The notes under the pieces: generated by a model
Databases searched by the model: none
The model's input: the letters and a program-made list of their open reading frames with translations, nothing else
What the model was told of the DNA's origin: nothing
In this document: piece after piece, positions 1 to 7,116 of the stretch
Layout: the number at the start of each line of letters is the position of its first letter
How positions within the stretch are numbered: the first letter of the stretch is position 1
DNA from: Archangiaceae bacterium
GTDB lineage: Bacteria > Myxococcota > Myxococcia > Myxococcales > Myxococcaceae
Length of the DNA: 10,093 nucleotides
NCBI GenBank assembly: GCA_043750125.1
Contig: JAYVCD010000044.1
Span: 1-10,093, forward strand
Direction of reading: 5' to 3'
Position numbers and translations under genes: made by a program

Positions 1-153
1 AAAGCACAGCTGCTGAATCAGGATCGTCTTGCCCGAACCGGGTGCGCCGCTGACGACCGTCACCGAACCTTTCGGCAGCCCTCCGCCGAGAATTGCGTCG
101 AGGTTGGCGACTCCGGTGCTGACTCGGGGAATGTCATCGTCGCTGTGGGTCAT
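1..153 (-). CDS. KaiC-like / RecA-superfamily P-loop ATPase, N-terminal part (runs off the window edge)
   Basis: Manual translation from ATG at 153: MTHSDDDIPRVSTGVANLDAILGGGLPKGSVTVVSGAPGSGKTILIQQLCF. It contains the KaiC/RadA-type STG..LD..LGGG.P.G motif and Walker A GAPGSGKT. The start overlaps the upstream stop (ATGA, 150-153). Confidence 0.9.
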   Translation of the reverse strand, partial: MTHSDDDIPRVSTGVANLDAILGGGLPKGSVTVVSGAPGSGKTILIQQLCF

Positions 154-611
154 GATGCCTTGTCCTGGCCTGCGCCCTCAATGGCTTGAGGCAGGGGCGC
201 GCTGGCGAGTGCCGCATGAAGTTCGGGGGTGAGAATTTCGGCGGTCAGATTGCCCACCACGGTCAAGAATTCGACGAGGACCTTGCGCATCGCGGTGAGC
301 AGGTCGTTGTGCTGGGCTAAGTGGAGCTTTCCCTGGGGGGCCGAGACCCGTTTGCGGAGGTCCGCGCAGTCGATGGTCCCATCGGGCGCGACGGTGAGCG
401 AGTCGAAGAGCGGGAACTTCCGGGCCGCGTTGTGAACGACCCGGCCGGTGATCGCCGAGAGCGTGACCTCACCCAGCGTCGCCAGCGTCCGGACGCACAG
501 GGCATCGAGGCTCGCCTCGAACCTTCCTACCAGGAGCTCCGGGGTCGAATCCCTGGCTGCTTTTTGCAGCCAGGCGTCGACGGGACCGGTGTGGCGGCCC
601 TCGTCAAACAG
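150..611 (-). CDS. Hypothetical protein coupled to the KaiC-like gene (~153 aa, putative CTG start)
   Basis: Manually translated frame is open from 689 to TGA at 150-152: (L)FDEGRHTGPVDAWLQKAARDSTPELLVGRFEASLDALCVRTLATLGEVTLSAITGRVVHNAARKFPLFDSL...VLVEFLTVVGNLTAEILTPELHAAL...DKAS. It is helical and protein-like with high GC3, and its stop overlaps the KaiC ATG. There is no ATG/GTG/TTG upstream of codon 288-290, so the start is uncertain. Confidence 0.7.
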   Translation of the reverse strand: MFDEGRHTGPVDAWLQKAARDSTPELLVGRFEASLDALCVRTLATLGEVTLSAITGRVVHNAARKFPLFDSLTVAPDGTIDCADLRKRVSAPQGKLHLAQHNDLLTAMRKVLVEFLTVVGNLTAEILTPELHAALASAPLPQAIEGAGQDKAS

Positions 612-857
612 CGAAGCGCCCGGGATCGGCGCTGGAACAACACGGAAAGGGCGAACGACGGAGCAGGCACATCTTTTGAGGCACCATGCTCATGCGCCCG
701 GTCAATGAACAGTGCCGATGTGCATGTATGGAAACCGCAGATGCGCCTGCAAGGCGTCGAAGGGCGGCCCACCTCGTGGTCGCCCAAGCTCTTCGCCGCC
801 AGGCCGCGAGGCTGTTGTCCCCTTGAGGCTTTGACCCAACCGCGAGATGAAGCCCCG

Positions 858-1985
858 ATGCGGCTTTCCAAGTTCATCCGGGACAACCGGGAGCAGATCC
901 TCTCAGAGTGGGAAGCCTTCGCTCGAACCCTGCTCCCGGCCGCCGAGTCGATGAACAGTGACGAGCTGCGAGATCACGCCGAAGAGATTCTGATCGCGAT
1001 CGAGAAAGATCTCGTGTCGCCCCAATCGAAAGAGGAACAGGCCCAGAAGGCCCAGGGGCAGTCCGATTCGAGCCCGGCTGAAGCCACCGCCCACGGAGCG
1101 ATCCGCGCAGGCACCGGATTCACAATGGTGCAGTTCGTTTCTGAATTTCGGGCGCTGCGGGCGAGCGTCCTTCGACTCTGGGGCGCAGCAGTCGCGACCG
1201 AGCGAGTGGACGTCGAGGAAATCAATCGGTTCAACGAGGCCATCGATGAGGCCCTGGCGGAATCGACCAAGCGCTTCACCGATGACCTGGGGCACTCGAA
1301 GGCTTTGTTCCTGGGAATCCTCGGCCACGATCTGGGAGACCCGGTCGGAGCAATCACGACTTCGGCCCATCTGCTGTTGAGCCAGGTGGAGGCCGAGGGC
1401 CCCCAGGGAAAGACTGCCACCCGCATCTTGCGCAGCTCGGAACGGATGCAGGAAATCCTCAGAGACCTTCACGATTTCATTCACACCCGCATGGGCAGTG
1501 GCATCCCCATCACCCGCGCGCCGACGAACCTCAAAGACATTTGCCTCCCGATCATTCACGCCCTGGGTGCGACCTTTCCCGATTCAAAAGTGAAGCTCGA
1601 GCTGGGCACCCACCTCGAGGGGTCGTGGGACGTGAACCGCCTCAGCCAGGCGATCTCGAACCTGCTCGGTAAGGCGATTCAAAGTGGCGACCCGAAGGCT
1701 CCCCTCACCCTCAGCGCCCGAGGCGAGCCGGCCGACGTTTCGTTGTCGATTCATCGCAGCGGGCCGACCATCGGGGAAGAAGACCTCGGCCAGATTTTTG
1801 CGCCCCCGCCCCCGACCCGGGACGACGCATCGGCCTCTCAGCTCGGCCTCGAGATGTACCTGGCCCAGGAAATCATCGTGGCCCACGGAGGCCGCGTCTC
1901 CGTCGAATCGAATGAAGAGGACGGCACCACCTTTACGGTTCGACTCCCGCGCGCGGCGGCGGCGAAAAACAAGCTCGCTTCCTGA
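858..1985 (+). CDS. Soluble histidine kinase-like protein: RsbRD-N-like N-terminal domain + HisKA + degenerate HATPase_c (375 aa)
   Basis: ATG at 858 (MRLSKFIRDNREQILSEWEAFAR..., AHGAIRAGTGFTMVQFVSEFRALRASVLRLW) is typical of RsbRD-N-fused kinases. H-box ILGHDLGDP and C-terminal AHGGRVSVES..GTTFTVRLP are present. The 321-857 extension in the ORF track overlaps the opposite-strand gene and is not protein-like. Confidence 0.9.
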   Translation: MRLSKFIRDNREQILSEWEAFARTLLPAAESMNSDELRDHAEEILIAIEKDLVSPQSKEEQAQKAQGQSDSSPAEATAHGAIRAGTGFTMVQFVSEFRALRASVLRLWGAAVATERVDVEEINRFNEAIDEALAESTKRFTDDLGHSKALFLGILGHDLGDPVGAITTSAHLLLSQVEAEGPQGKTATRILRSSERMQEILRDLHDFIHTRMGSGIPITRAPTNLKDICLPIIHALGATFPDSKVKLELGTHLEGSWDVNRLSQAISNLLGKAIQSGDPKAPLTLSARGEPADVSLSIHRSGPTIGEEDLGQIFAPPPPTRDDASASQLGLEMYLAQEIIVAHGGRVSVESNEEDGTTFTVRLPRAAAAKNKLAS

Positions 1986-1996
1986 GCTTCGCGATG

Positions 1997-2025
1997 TTGC
2001 GCGGACGGTGGCGGGCGGTCAGATT
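1997..2025 (+). promoter_or_regulatory. Possible sigma70-type promoter giving a leaderless sigma-factor mRNA
   Basis: TTGCGC(1997-2002)-N17-CAGATT(2020-2025) ends 6 nt before GTG 2032, and no Shine-Dalgarno is evident. The match to consensus is weak. Confidence 0.3.
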
Positions 2026-2031
2026 TGAATC

Positions 2032-3297
2032 GTGACCCGGCCTGACGCCCCCCGCGCCATCGAGGCGATCTGGAGAATCGAAGCCGCGCGGCTGATCGCC
2101 GGGCTGACCCGCATCGTGCGCGACGTAGGCCTCGCCGAGGACCTCGCGCAGGACGCGCTGGTCGCGGCCCTCGAGCAGTGGCCGAAATCAGGGATCCCCG
2201 ACAACCCGGGCGCGTGGCTGATGGGGACTGCGAAGCACCGTGCGATTGATCAGCTGCGGCGCAGCAAGCGGCTCGAGCGGACGCAAGGCGAGCTGGGGCA
2301 CGCGCTCGAAGCGAAAGAACGCACTCCGCCGGATCTCGACACTGCGATCGACGAGGACGTGGGCGATGACCTGCTGCGGCTGGTCTTCATTTCCTGCCAT
2401 CCGGTGCTGTCGACCGAGGCTCGCGTCGCGCTGACGCTGCGGCTGCTCGGAGGCCTCACCACCGACGAAATCGCGCGCGCGTTCCTCGTCCCTGAGCCGA
2501 CCGTCGCGCAGCGCATCGTTCGCGCCAAGCGCACCCTGGCCGAGGCGCATGTTCCGTTCGAGGTGCCGCGCGGCGCGGACCTCGCCCAGCGGCTGTCGTC
2601 GGTGCTCGAGGTGATCTACCTGGTCTTCAACGAGGGCTACTCGGCGACCAGCGGTGACGACTGGATGCGTCCCGGGCTCTGCGAAGACGCGCTGCGGTTG
2701 GGTCGGATCCTCGCCGCGCTCGTGGCACAAGAGCCCGAGGTGCAAGGGCTCGTCGCGCTGATGGAGATTCAAGCGTCGCGGACGAAGGCCCGCGTCGGCC
2801 CGAAGGGTGAGCCGATTCTGCTGCTCGAGCAGAACCGCGCGCGGTGGGACCCGCTGTTGATCCGGCGGGGGCTCGCCGCGCTCGATCGCGCCGAGAAGTT
2901 GGGCGGCGGGCAAGGGCCGTACGCGCTTCAGGCCGCGATCGCCGCGTGTCATGCCCGCGCTCTTACCGCGGAAGAGACCGACTGGCCTCGCATCGCCGCG
3001 CTTTATGCGGTGCTGGGTGAGGTCGCTGCGTCGCCGGTGGTGGAGCTCAACCGGGCGGTCGCGGTCGGTATGGCGTTCGGCCCTGAGGCGGGGCTGGCGC
3101 GGGTCGACGCGCTGGTGAGAGGTGGATCGCTCGAGGGCTATCACCTGCTGCCGGGCGTGCGCGGGGATCTGCTCGAGAAGCTGGGGCGATTCGAGGAAGC
3201 GCGGGCCGAGTTCGAGAGAGCCGCCGCACTCACGCGCAATGGGCGCGAGCGCACGCTGATGCTCGATCGGGCATCGGCGTGTGCGCGCGGGACATAG
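2032..3297 (+). CDS. ECF sigma-70 factor with long TPR-like C-terminal extension (ECF42 group, DUF6596-type)
   Basis: 421 aa. Region 2 is LAEDLAQDALVAALEQWP..GIPDNPGAWL. DDLLRLVFISCHPVL..EARVALTLRLLGGLTTDEIARAFLVPEPTVAQRIVRAK is region 4. VLEVIYLVFNEGY, GPYALQAAIAACHA and SPVVELNRAVA are family signatures. A DGPF gene is adjacent. Confidence 0.95.
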   Translation: MTRPDAPRAIEAIWRIEAARLIAGLTRIVRDVGLAEDLAQDALVAALEQWPKSGIPDNPGAWLMGTAKHRAIDQLRRSKRLERTQGELGHALEAKERTPPDLDTAIDEDVGDDLLRLVFISCHPVLSTEARVALTLRLLGGLTTDEIARAFLVPEPTVAQRIVRAKRTLAEAHVPFEVPRGADLAQRLSSVLEVIYLVFNEGYSATSGDDWMRPGLCEDALRLGRILAALVAQEPEVQGLVALMEIQASRTKARVGPKGEPILLLEQNRARWDPLLIRRGLAALDRAEKLGGGQGPYALQAAIAACHARALTAEETDWPRIAALYAVLGEVAASPVVELNRAVAVGMAFGPEAGLARVDALVRGGSLEGYHLLPGVRGDLLEKLGRFEEARAEFERAAALTRNGRERTLMLDRASACARGT

Positions 3298-3301
3298 CCG
3301 C

Positions 3302-3712
3302 CTACTTCTGGTGCGAAAGCTCGGGATATTTGTTCACCACCTTCTGCACCTCAGGGGGGAAGTCCTGTAACTCTTGCACCTGCCGCACTTCGATGGTGTC
3401 GCCCGGGGAGGCCGGGCAGCGCGACGCCCACTGAATCGCCTCTTCCTTCGACTTCACCTGGATCACCCAGTAGCCGCCGAGCACTTCCTTCGCCTCGGTG
3501 AACGGGCCATCGGTCACCTTCGGCTTGCCGCCTGCGAAGGTCACCCGTGCGCCCGTCGACGGCGGGTGCAGCCCGTCGAGCGCGAGCAGCACGCCGGCCC
3601 TCTGCAACGAGTCGTTGTATTTCATCATCGCCTCGACATCTTTCGGGTCCGACATCGTTCCAGGCGCGGCGCTTTCGTAGCCTTTGGGGATCATCAGCAT
3701 CATGAATCGCAT
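3302..3712 (-). CDS. YciI-family / DGPF protein (136 aa)
   Basis: MRFMMLM...MMKYNDSLQRAGVLLALDGLHP...VTDGPFTEAKEVLGGYWVIQVKSKEEAIQWASRCP...IEVRQV. Shine-Dalgarno AAGGAG lies 6 nt upstream of ATG 3712. Confidence 0.95.
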   Translation of the reverse strand: MRFMMLMIPKGYESAAPGTMSDPKDVEAMMKYNDSLQRAGVLLALDGLHPPSTGARVTFAGGKPKVTDGPFTEAKEVLGGYWVIQVKSKEEAIQWASRCPASPGDTIEVRQVQELQDFPPEVQKVVNKYPELSHQK

Positions 3713-3768
3713 GGTCTGCTCCTTGGTCTTCAGTTGAGATCGGGGCTTGTTCCCGGCTCTACCTGTAC

Positions 3769-3795
3769 GTCGAACAAGTGCTGCCGAAATCGACA
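3769..3795 (-). promoter_or_regulatory. ECF42-type promoter upstream of the DGPF gene
   Basis: Minus strand reads TGTCGA(3795-3790)-TTTCGGCAGCACTTGTT(17 nt)-CGAC(3772-3769). This matches the ECF42 consensus as I recall it (-35 TGTCGA, -10 CG(A/T)C). Confidence 0.8.
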
Positions 3796-3894
3796 ACGCA
3801 CCGCGGTTTTTTGGTTCAGTGGGATAACTGCTCGAAAACTCAAGGGGAGAATGCAGCGCGCAAACTCTCACCCAAATGCGACCGACAATTGCCG

Positions 3895-4872
3895 CTACTG
3901 CCGAAGGACAACCTCCTGCCAGTGGATCCCGTCAGGGCTCGTCGCCAGCAGCGCGCCCGCGTCGGCACTTCCGACGACAACGAATATTCCATCGCCCCAC
4001 GCAATGTCAGCCAATGCCCAGCCGCGCGACTTGACGTTGATGTCGACCCATCCGGCATCTCCGATCGGCAAAGACGTGACGTGGATCACAGTTGGAGTCA
4101 CCACGACGACGCGCGACGACCCACTGGCGATCGACAGCGCCCGTCCCAACCCGCTCGGCGAAAGGTCGAATGTGCGATCTGACCACGTCACTGGAGCGAC
4201 TGTGCTCGCACTGAGATCAGAGCCCGCCGTCGCGACGATCTGCTGAACTTCCCCGACTGCCGACAGCCCGAACCCTAGAAGCTGGTTTCCGACTCGTGCC
4301 AGCTCGTAGAGCGATGACGTCGCCGACGCGCCACCGTCAAGCCACGAAGACCCATGGGTCGAGGTCACCCATGAATTGCCCCTGATCGCGACAAAGCGGT
4401 CGCCATCGAATGCAAAGCGACCCGAACTGGGACCTTGCGCGCTCGTCCACGTGAGACCGTCGGAAGAAACGGCCGAGCCTGGCTCGACTCCCGCGCCGAC
4501 CAGAAACAGACCGTTTCCTGAGATCACCTGCTCGAGGTTCTGAGGAAATGCCTGGGCAAGCCAGCCGTGTGATTCGTGCACGTAGATCGTCGAGTTGGAT
4601 CCCCCACCAGAACCAACCGCAACGACGACACCGTTCGCAAACGCCACATCAAAGATTCCTCCGCCATCCTCGGGAATCATTTCGCGCTGCCAGTTCACCG
4701 CATCGAATGAGCTGAGAATGAGCGGGCCGTTGCTGGTGCCGGCAGCAACCCAACCGCCATCGGCGTGGGCAATCGAGCAGAGAACGCCACCGGTGCCGCC
4801 GGGGCCTCCGCCTGTCCCCCCGTCCGATGAGCGTGCCCCCGGGCACCCGAGCGCGAGCATCGCCAGCGTCAC
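3895..4872 (-). CDS. Putative lipoprotein with Asp-box/BNR-like repeats (likely beta-propeller); true start may be CTG at 4929
   Basis: Lipobox LALG-C, then a Gly-rich linker DGGTGGGPGGTGG. Repeated S-x-D-G-x-x-W-like motifs (SSFDAVNW, SSDGLTW, TSTHGSSW, TSPDGIHW) and DVAFANGVVVAVG / DIAWGDGIFVVVG blade motifs are present. Confidence 0.8.
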   Translation of the reverse strand: MTLAMLALGCPGARSSDGGTGGGPGGTGGVLCSIAHADGGWVAAGTSNGPLILSSFDAVNWQREMIPEDGGGIFDVAFANGVVVAVGSGGGSNSTIYVHESHGWLAQAFPQNLEQVISGNGLFLVGAGVEPGSAVSSDGLTWTSAQGPSSGRFAFDGDRFVAIRGNSWVTSTHGSSWLDGGASATSSLYELARVGNQLLGFGLSAVGEVQQIVATAGSDLSASTVAPVTWSDRTFDLSPSGLGRALSIASGSSRVVVVTPTVIHVTSLPIGDAGWVDINVKSRGWALADIAWGDGIFVVVGSADAGALLATSPDGIHWQEVVLRQ

Positions 4873-5036
4873 AGTGGCCGCCGCCAGCGAGCTCGTAATT
4901 TCGCGCGGGGTTGAATCGAAGTGAGTCAGTTTCGCCTCCCGGATTCGTTGTGGCGCTGATCCCGCGCATTATCACGCGACCTGATCGAGGCATTCAATGG
5001 GAAGTCGCACGAATCCTGCTGGGACCTGGTGCTGAC

Positions 5037-5083
5037 TGATGGCGATGGCCAGTCGCGCCGTCCGACCGGCCATTGAGCGCCGT
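5037..5083 (+). repeat. Degenerate copy 1 of the TGATGGC-initiated repeat element
   Basis: It shares GCGCCGTCCGACCGGCCATT(g/c)AGCGCCGT (5055-5083) with the copies at 5484 and 9043 and starts with TGATGGC. It can fold as ATGGCCAGTCG/CGACCGGCCAT. Confidence 0.8.
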
Positions 5084-5195
5084 GCGGACTGTTGCCCTCG
5101 AAGCGGCCGCTCGAAGCGCTTATTCGAAGCCGTGAGAGTGACCCTGTCCTTCCCGCCACATCAGGGTGTGGTCAAAGTGCCAAGGTCACTGAAAC

Positions 5196-5439
5196 ATGCA
5201 GCTGCCGGCGTCAGGCTCGGACATCGCCGCGGGCACGGGGTATCCACACCCCCAACCCGAACGACGTCGCGCTCACCCACCCATGGGCGGACATCGGGCC
5301 GAAGTGGAACGCATACGCCATCACCATCAACGGTGCGCATCGACCGTTCGGGGCGCATGCCCGCCCGTCCGCTATTTGTCGCAACTGGAACGGCAGCAGT
5401 TGTTTCCACCAGGGCTCAGGACGGTACGAGTGTATTTGA
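5196..5439 (+). pseudogene. Possible frameshifted gene fragment between repeat copies 1 and 2
   Basis: High-GC3 codon runs occur in two successive frames: MQLPASGSDIAAGTGYP, then TPNPNDVALTHPWADIGPKWNAYAITINGA. No family is recognisable. Confidence 0.3.
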
Positions 5440-5483
5440 GCCGCGACGCCAGAGGACCACTCGGCGGTTTTGAAGACGGTTCT

Positions 5484-5549
5484 TGATGGCCGCGACCAGC
5501 GCCGTCCGACCGGCCATTCAGCGCCGTCCGACCGGCGGGACAAAATGTG
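5484..5549 (+). repeat. Copy 2 of the 66-bp direct repeat element
   Basis: TGATGGCCGCGACCAGCGCCGTCCGACCGGCCATTCAGCGCCGTCCGACCGGCGGGACAAAATGTG is 65/66 identical to 9043-9108. The internal 18-mer CAGCGCCGTCCGACCGGC occurs at 5497 and 5519 (22-bp period). Confidence 0.95.
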
Positions 5550-5589
5550 CGGCCGGGTGCTTGGGTAACACTTCAGACCGGCCCCTCCT

Positions 5590-6069
5590 TCAGGGGCTCA
5601 GCTTGAGGGTGCTTCCGGGCCGAAGCCTTCCTTCGTCGTCGAGGTCGTTGAGCACGGACGGAAATCCGACGCGGAGCATCTTTCTGCGGACCGAAGCGAG
5701 CAGCTTCGACATCAAGAATCCTCCGACCCCGGTGAAGCCGGTGTGCTCCCAGGTGAGGCGCGTACCGCTGGCGTGCGGCTCCACCCGGCAAGTGACGAAA
5801 GTCGGCGCGTCCTTCTGGTCACCGGCCCACGAGTACCGCAGCAAAGAAGGCGCGCGCACCTCGAGCACCTCGCACTCAACGACGCCATTCCAGCCGGGCA
5901 TCGGCCTGGCCACGTACTTGAACCGCGTTCCGACTTCGGTCGCGAAACCCACCAGCTTACCGCCCTGACCCGTCGAGGTCCAAAGGGGGATTAGCGTCGG
6001 GTCGGTCAGAGCGCGCCAGACCTTCGCGGGAGAATGAGGGTAATCGTGGACGATGCGGAACTCGCTCAT
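5590..6069 (-). CDS. SRPBCC (AHSA1/START-like) domain protein
   Basis: DYPHSPAKVWRALTDPTLIPLW, VVECEVLEVRAPSLLRYSW and GTRLTWEHTGF are AHSA1-type motifs. ATGA overlap with the MarR stop. Confidence 0.92.
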   Translation of the reverse strand: MSEFRIVHDYPHSPAKVWRALTDPTLIPLWTSTGQGGKLVGFATEVGTRFKYVARPMPGWNGVVECEVLEVRAPSLLRYSWAGDQKDAPTFVTCRVEPHASGTRLTWEHTGFTGVGGFLMSKLLASVRRKMLRVGFPSVLNDLDDEGRLRPGSTLKLSP

Positions 6070-6554
6070 TGGTTGGGCGCGGTCTTGAGAAATGGCACCG
6101 GCTCGCTGCCCTCGACGTTCTTGACGACGCGCTGCAACAGGCTTCGAAGCATTGTCTTCTCGGCATCGCTCAGGCCCGCCATCGCCTCGCGCTCGCCCGC
6201 CGCGAGGGCCGCCCGGGCCTTCGGGAAGCGCGCCCGTGACCTCGGCGTCAGCGACACGAGCTTCCCGCGTTTGTCGTCTGGGTTGGGTTGGCGCTCAATC
6301 AAGCCATCGCGTTCCATGCGGGCCAGTGTCTCCACCATGGTCGGTGGCTCCACTCGCGCCAGGTTCGCGAGATCCTTCTGCGACAGCGCCTGGCTGCCTG
6401 CGAGCGCCCGCAAGACCGGGAGGTAGGCCAGGGCGAACCCGAGTGGGCGCAGGCGCGCGTCGGCGTGTCGAACCAGCGACCTCGAGGCGCGATTGATCCA
6501 GAACCCTGCCAGTGATTCGGGTTCCAGCCTTCTGGCTTTGTTCTGCATAGGCAC
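6066..6554 (-). CDS. MarR-family winged-helix transcriptional regulator
   Basis: LSQKDLANLARVEPPTMVETLARMERDGLIERQPNPDDKRGKLVSLT is an HTH plus wing DxR motif. The start is GTG 6554 or ATG 6548. Confidence 0.95.
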   Translation of the reverse strand: MPMQNKARRLEPESLAGFWINRASRSLVRHADARLRPLGFALAYLPVLRALAGSQALSQKDLANLARVEPPTMVETLARMERDGLIERQPNPDDKRGKLVSLTPRSRARFPKARAALAAGEREAMAGLSDAEKTMLRSLLQRVVKNVEGSEPVPFLKTAPNQ

Positions 6555-6590
6555 CTAATCATAATAGTGAGGTACCTATGCTGAAGGCAA
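6546..6590 (-). promoter_or_regulatory. sigma70 promoter with overlapping palindromic operator boxes (probable MarR autoregulation)
   Basis: Minus strand reads TTGCCT(6590-6585)-N18-TATTAT(6566-6561), with GTG 6 nt later. Inverted repeat CATAGGCACCT(6546-6556)/AGGTACCTATG(6570-6580) matches at 10/11, and each arm is itself palindromic. Confidence 0.7.
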
Positions 6591-6606
6591 AAACCCCCAT
6601 GAAACT

Positions 6607-7116
6607 TTATGCGTCGCCTCTGATCGCCCCAGCCGGCACCCGCCTGGAAAAGTAGGGACGCAGAGCGGCGGCAAACAGAAGGTCGAGGATCCGGTCGGGC
6701 AGGATGCGCGCCAGGCGGGTGAGCAGGGCGGCGTCGCGGCCGACGGTGTAACGGGTGCGCGGCTTGCGCGCGGTCACTGCCTTCGCAATCACCCTGGCCG
6801 CGGCGTCAGCGGGCAGGCCCGAGTCGGTGAACGCCGCGGTCTGCGCGGTGATGGCTTGCACCAGTCCGCCGTAGCGCTGGCTCTGCTCGGGCGTCATCGT
6901 CGACGCCACCTCATGGGCGGTGGCGATCGCCCGCCCGGCCATTTCCGTCCGCACGGCGCCCGGTTCGACCACGACGACCTGGGCGTCCCGGTCGCGTCGG
7001 ACACCCGCGAGGACGTGGAAACCGCGCCGGGCCAGTTCGCGTGCCGCGGCCGCGCCGATGCCGGTAGACGCACCGGTGATGATGACGAGCTCCTTCACTT
7101 CAGGGGACACGCTCAT
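6607..7116 (-). pseudogene. Short-chain dehydrogenase/reductase with in-frame internal deletion of the catalytic core
   Basis: The N-terminal TGASTGIG Rossmann motif and VLAGVRRDRDA join directly to the C-terminal QVVVVEPGAVRTEM at about 6981/6982. NNAG, the catalytic Ser and YxxxK are absent, and the product is only 169 aa. Confidence 0.85.

Noticed and set aside
1-153. Circadian clock kaiC gene call
   Set aside because: Only 51 codons are visible and no kaiA/kaiB is present. KaiC-like ATPases are widespread signalling proteins, so no gene symbol was assigned.
321-857. N-terminal extension of the kinase in the 554-aa ORF call
   Set aside because: It is the antisense shadow of the 150-611 gene plus intergenic DNA. 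The family-like N-terminus begins at ATG 858.
5484-5549. Integron attC site
   Set aside because: No RYYYAAC...GTTRRRY boxes bound the element, and its main structure is a tandem repeat rather than a full-length imperfect palindrome.
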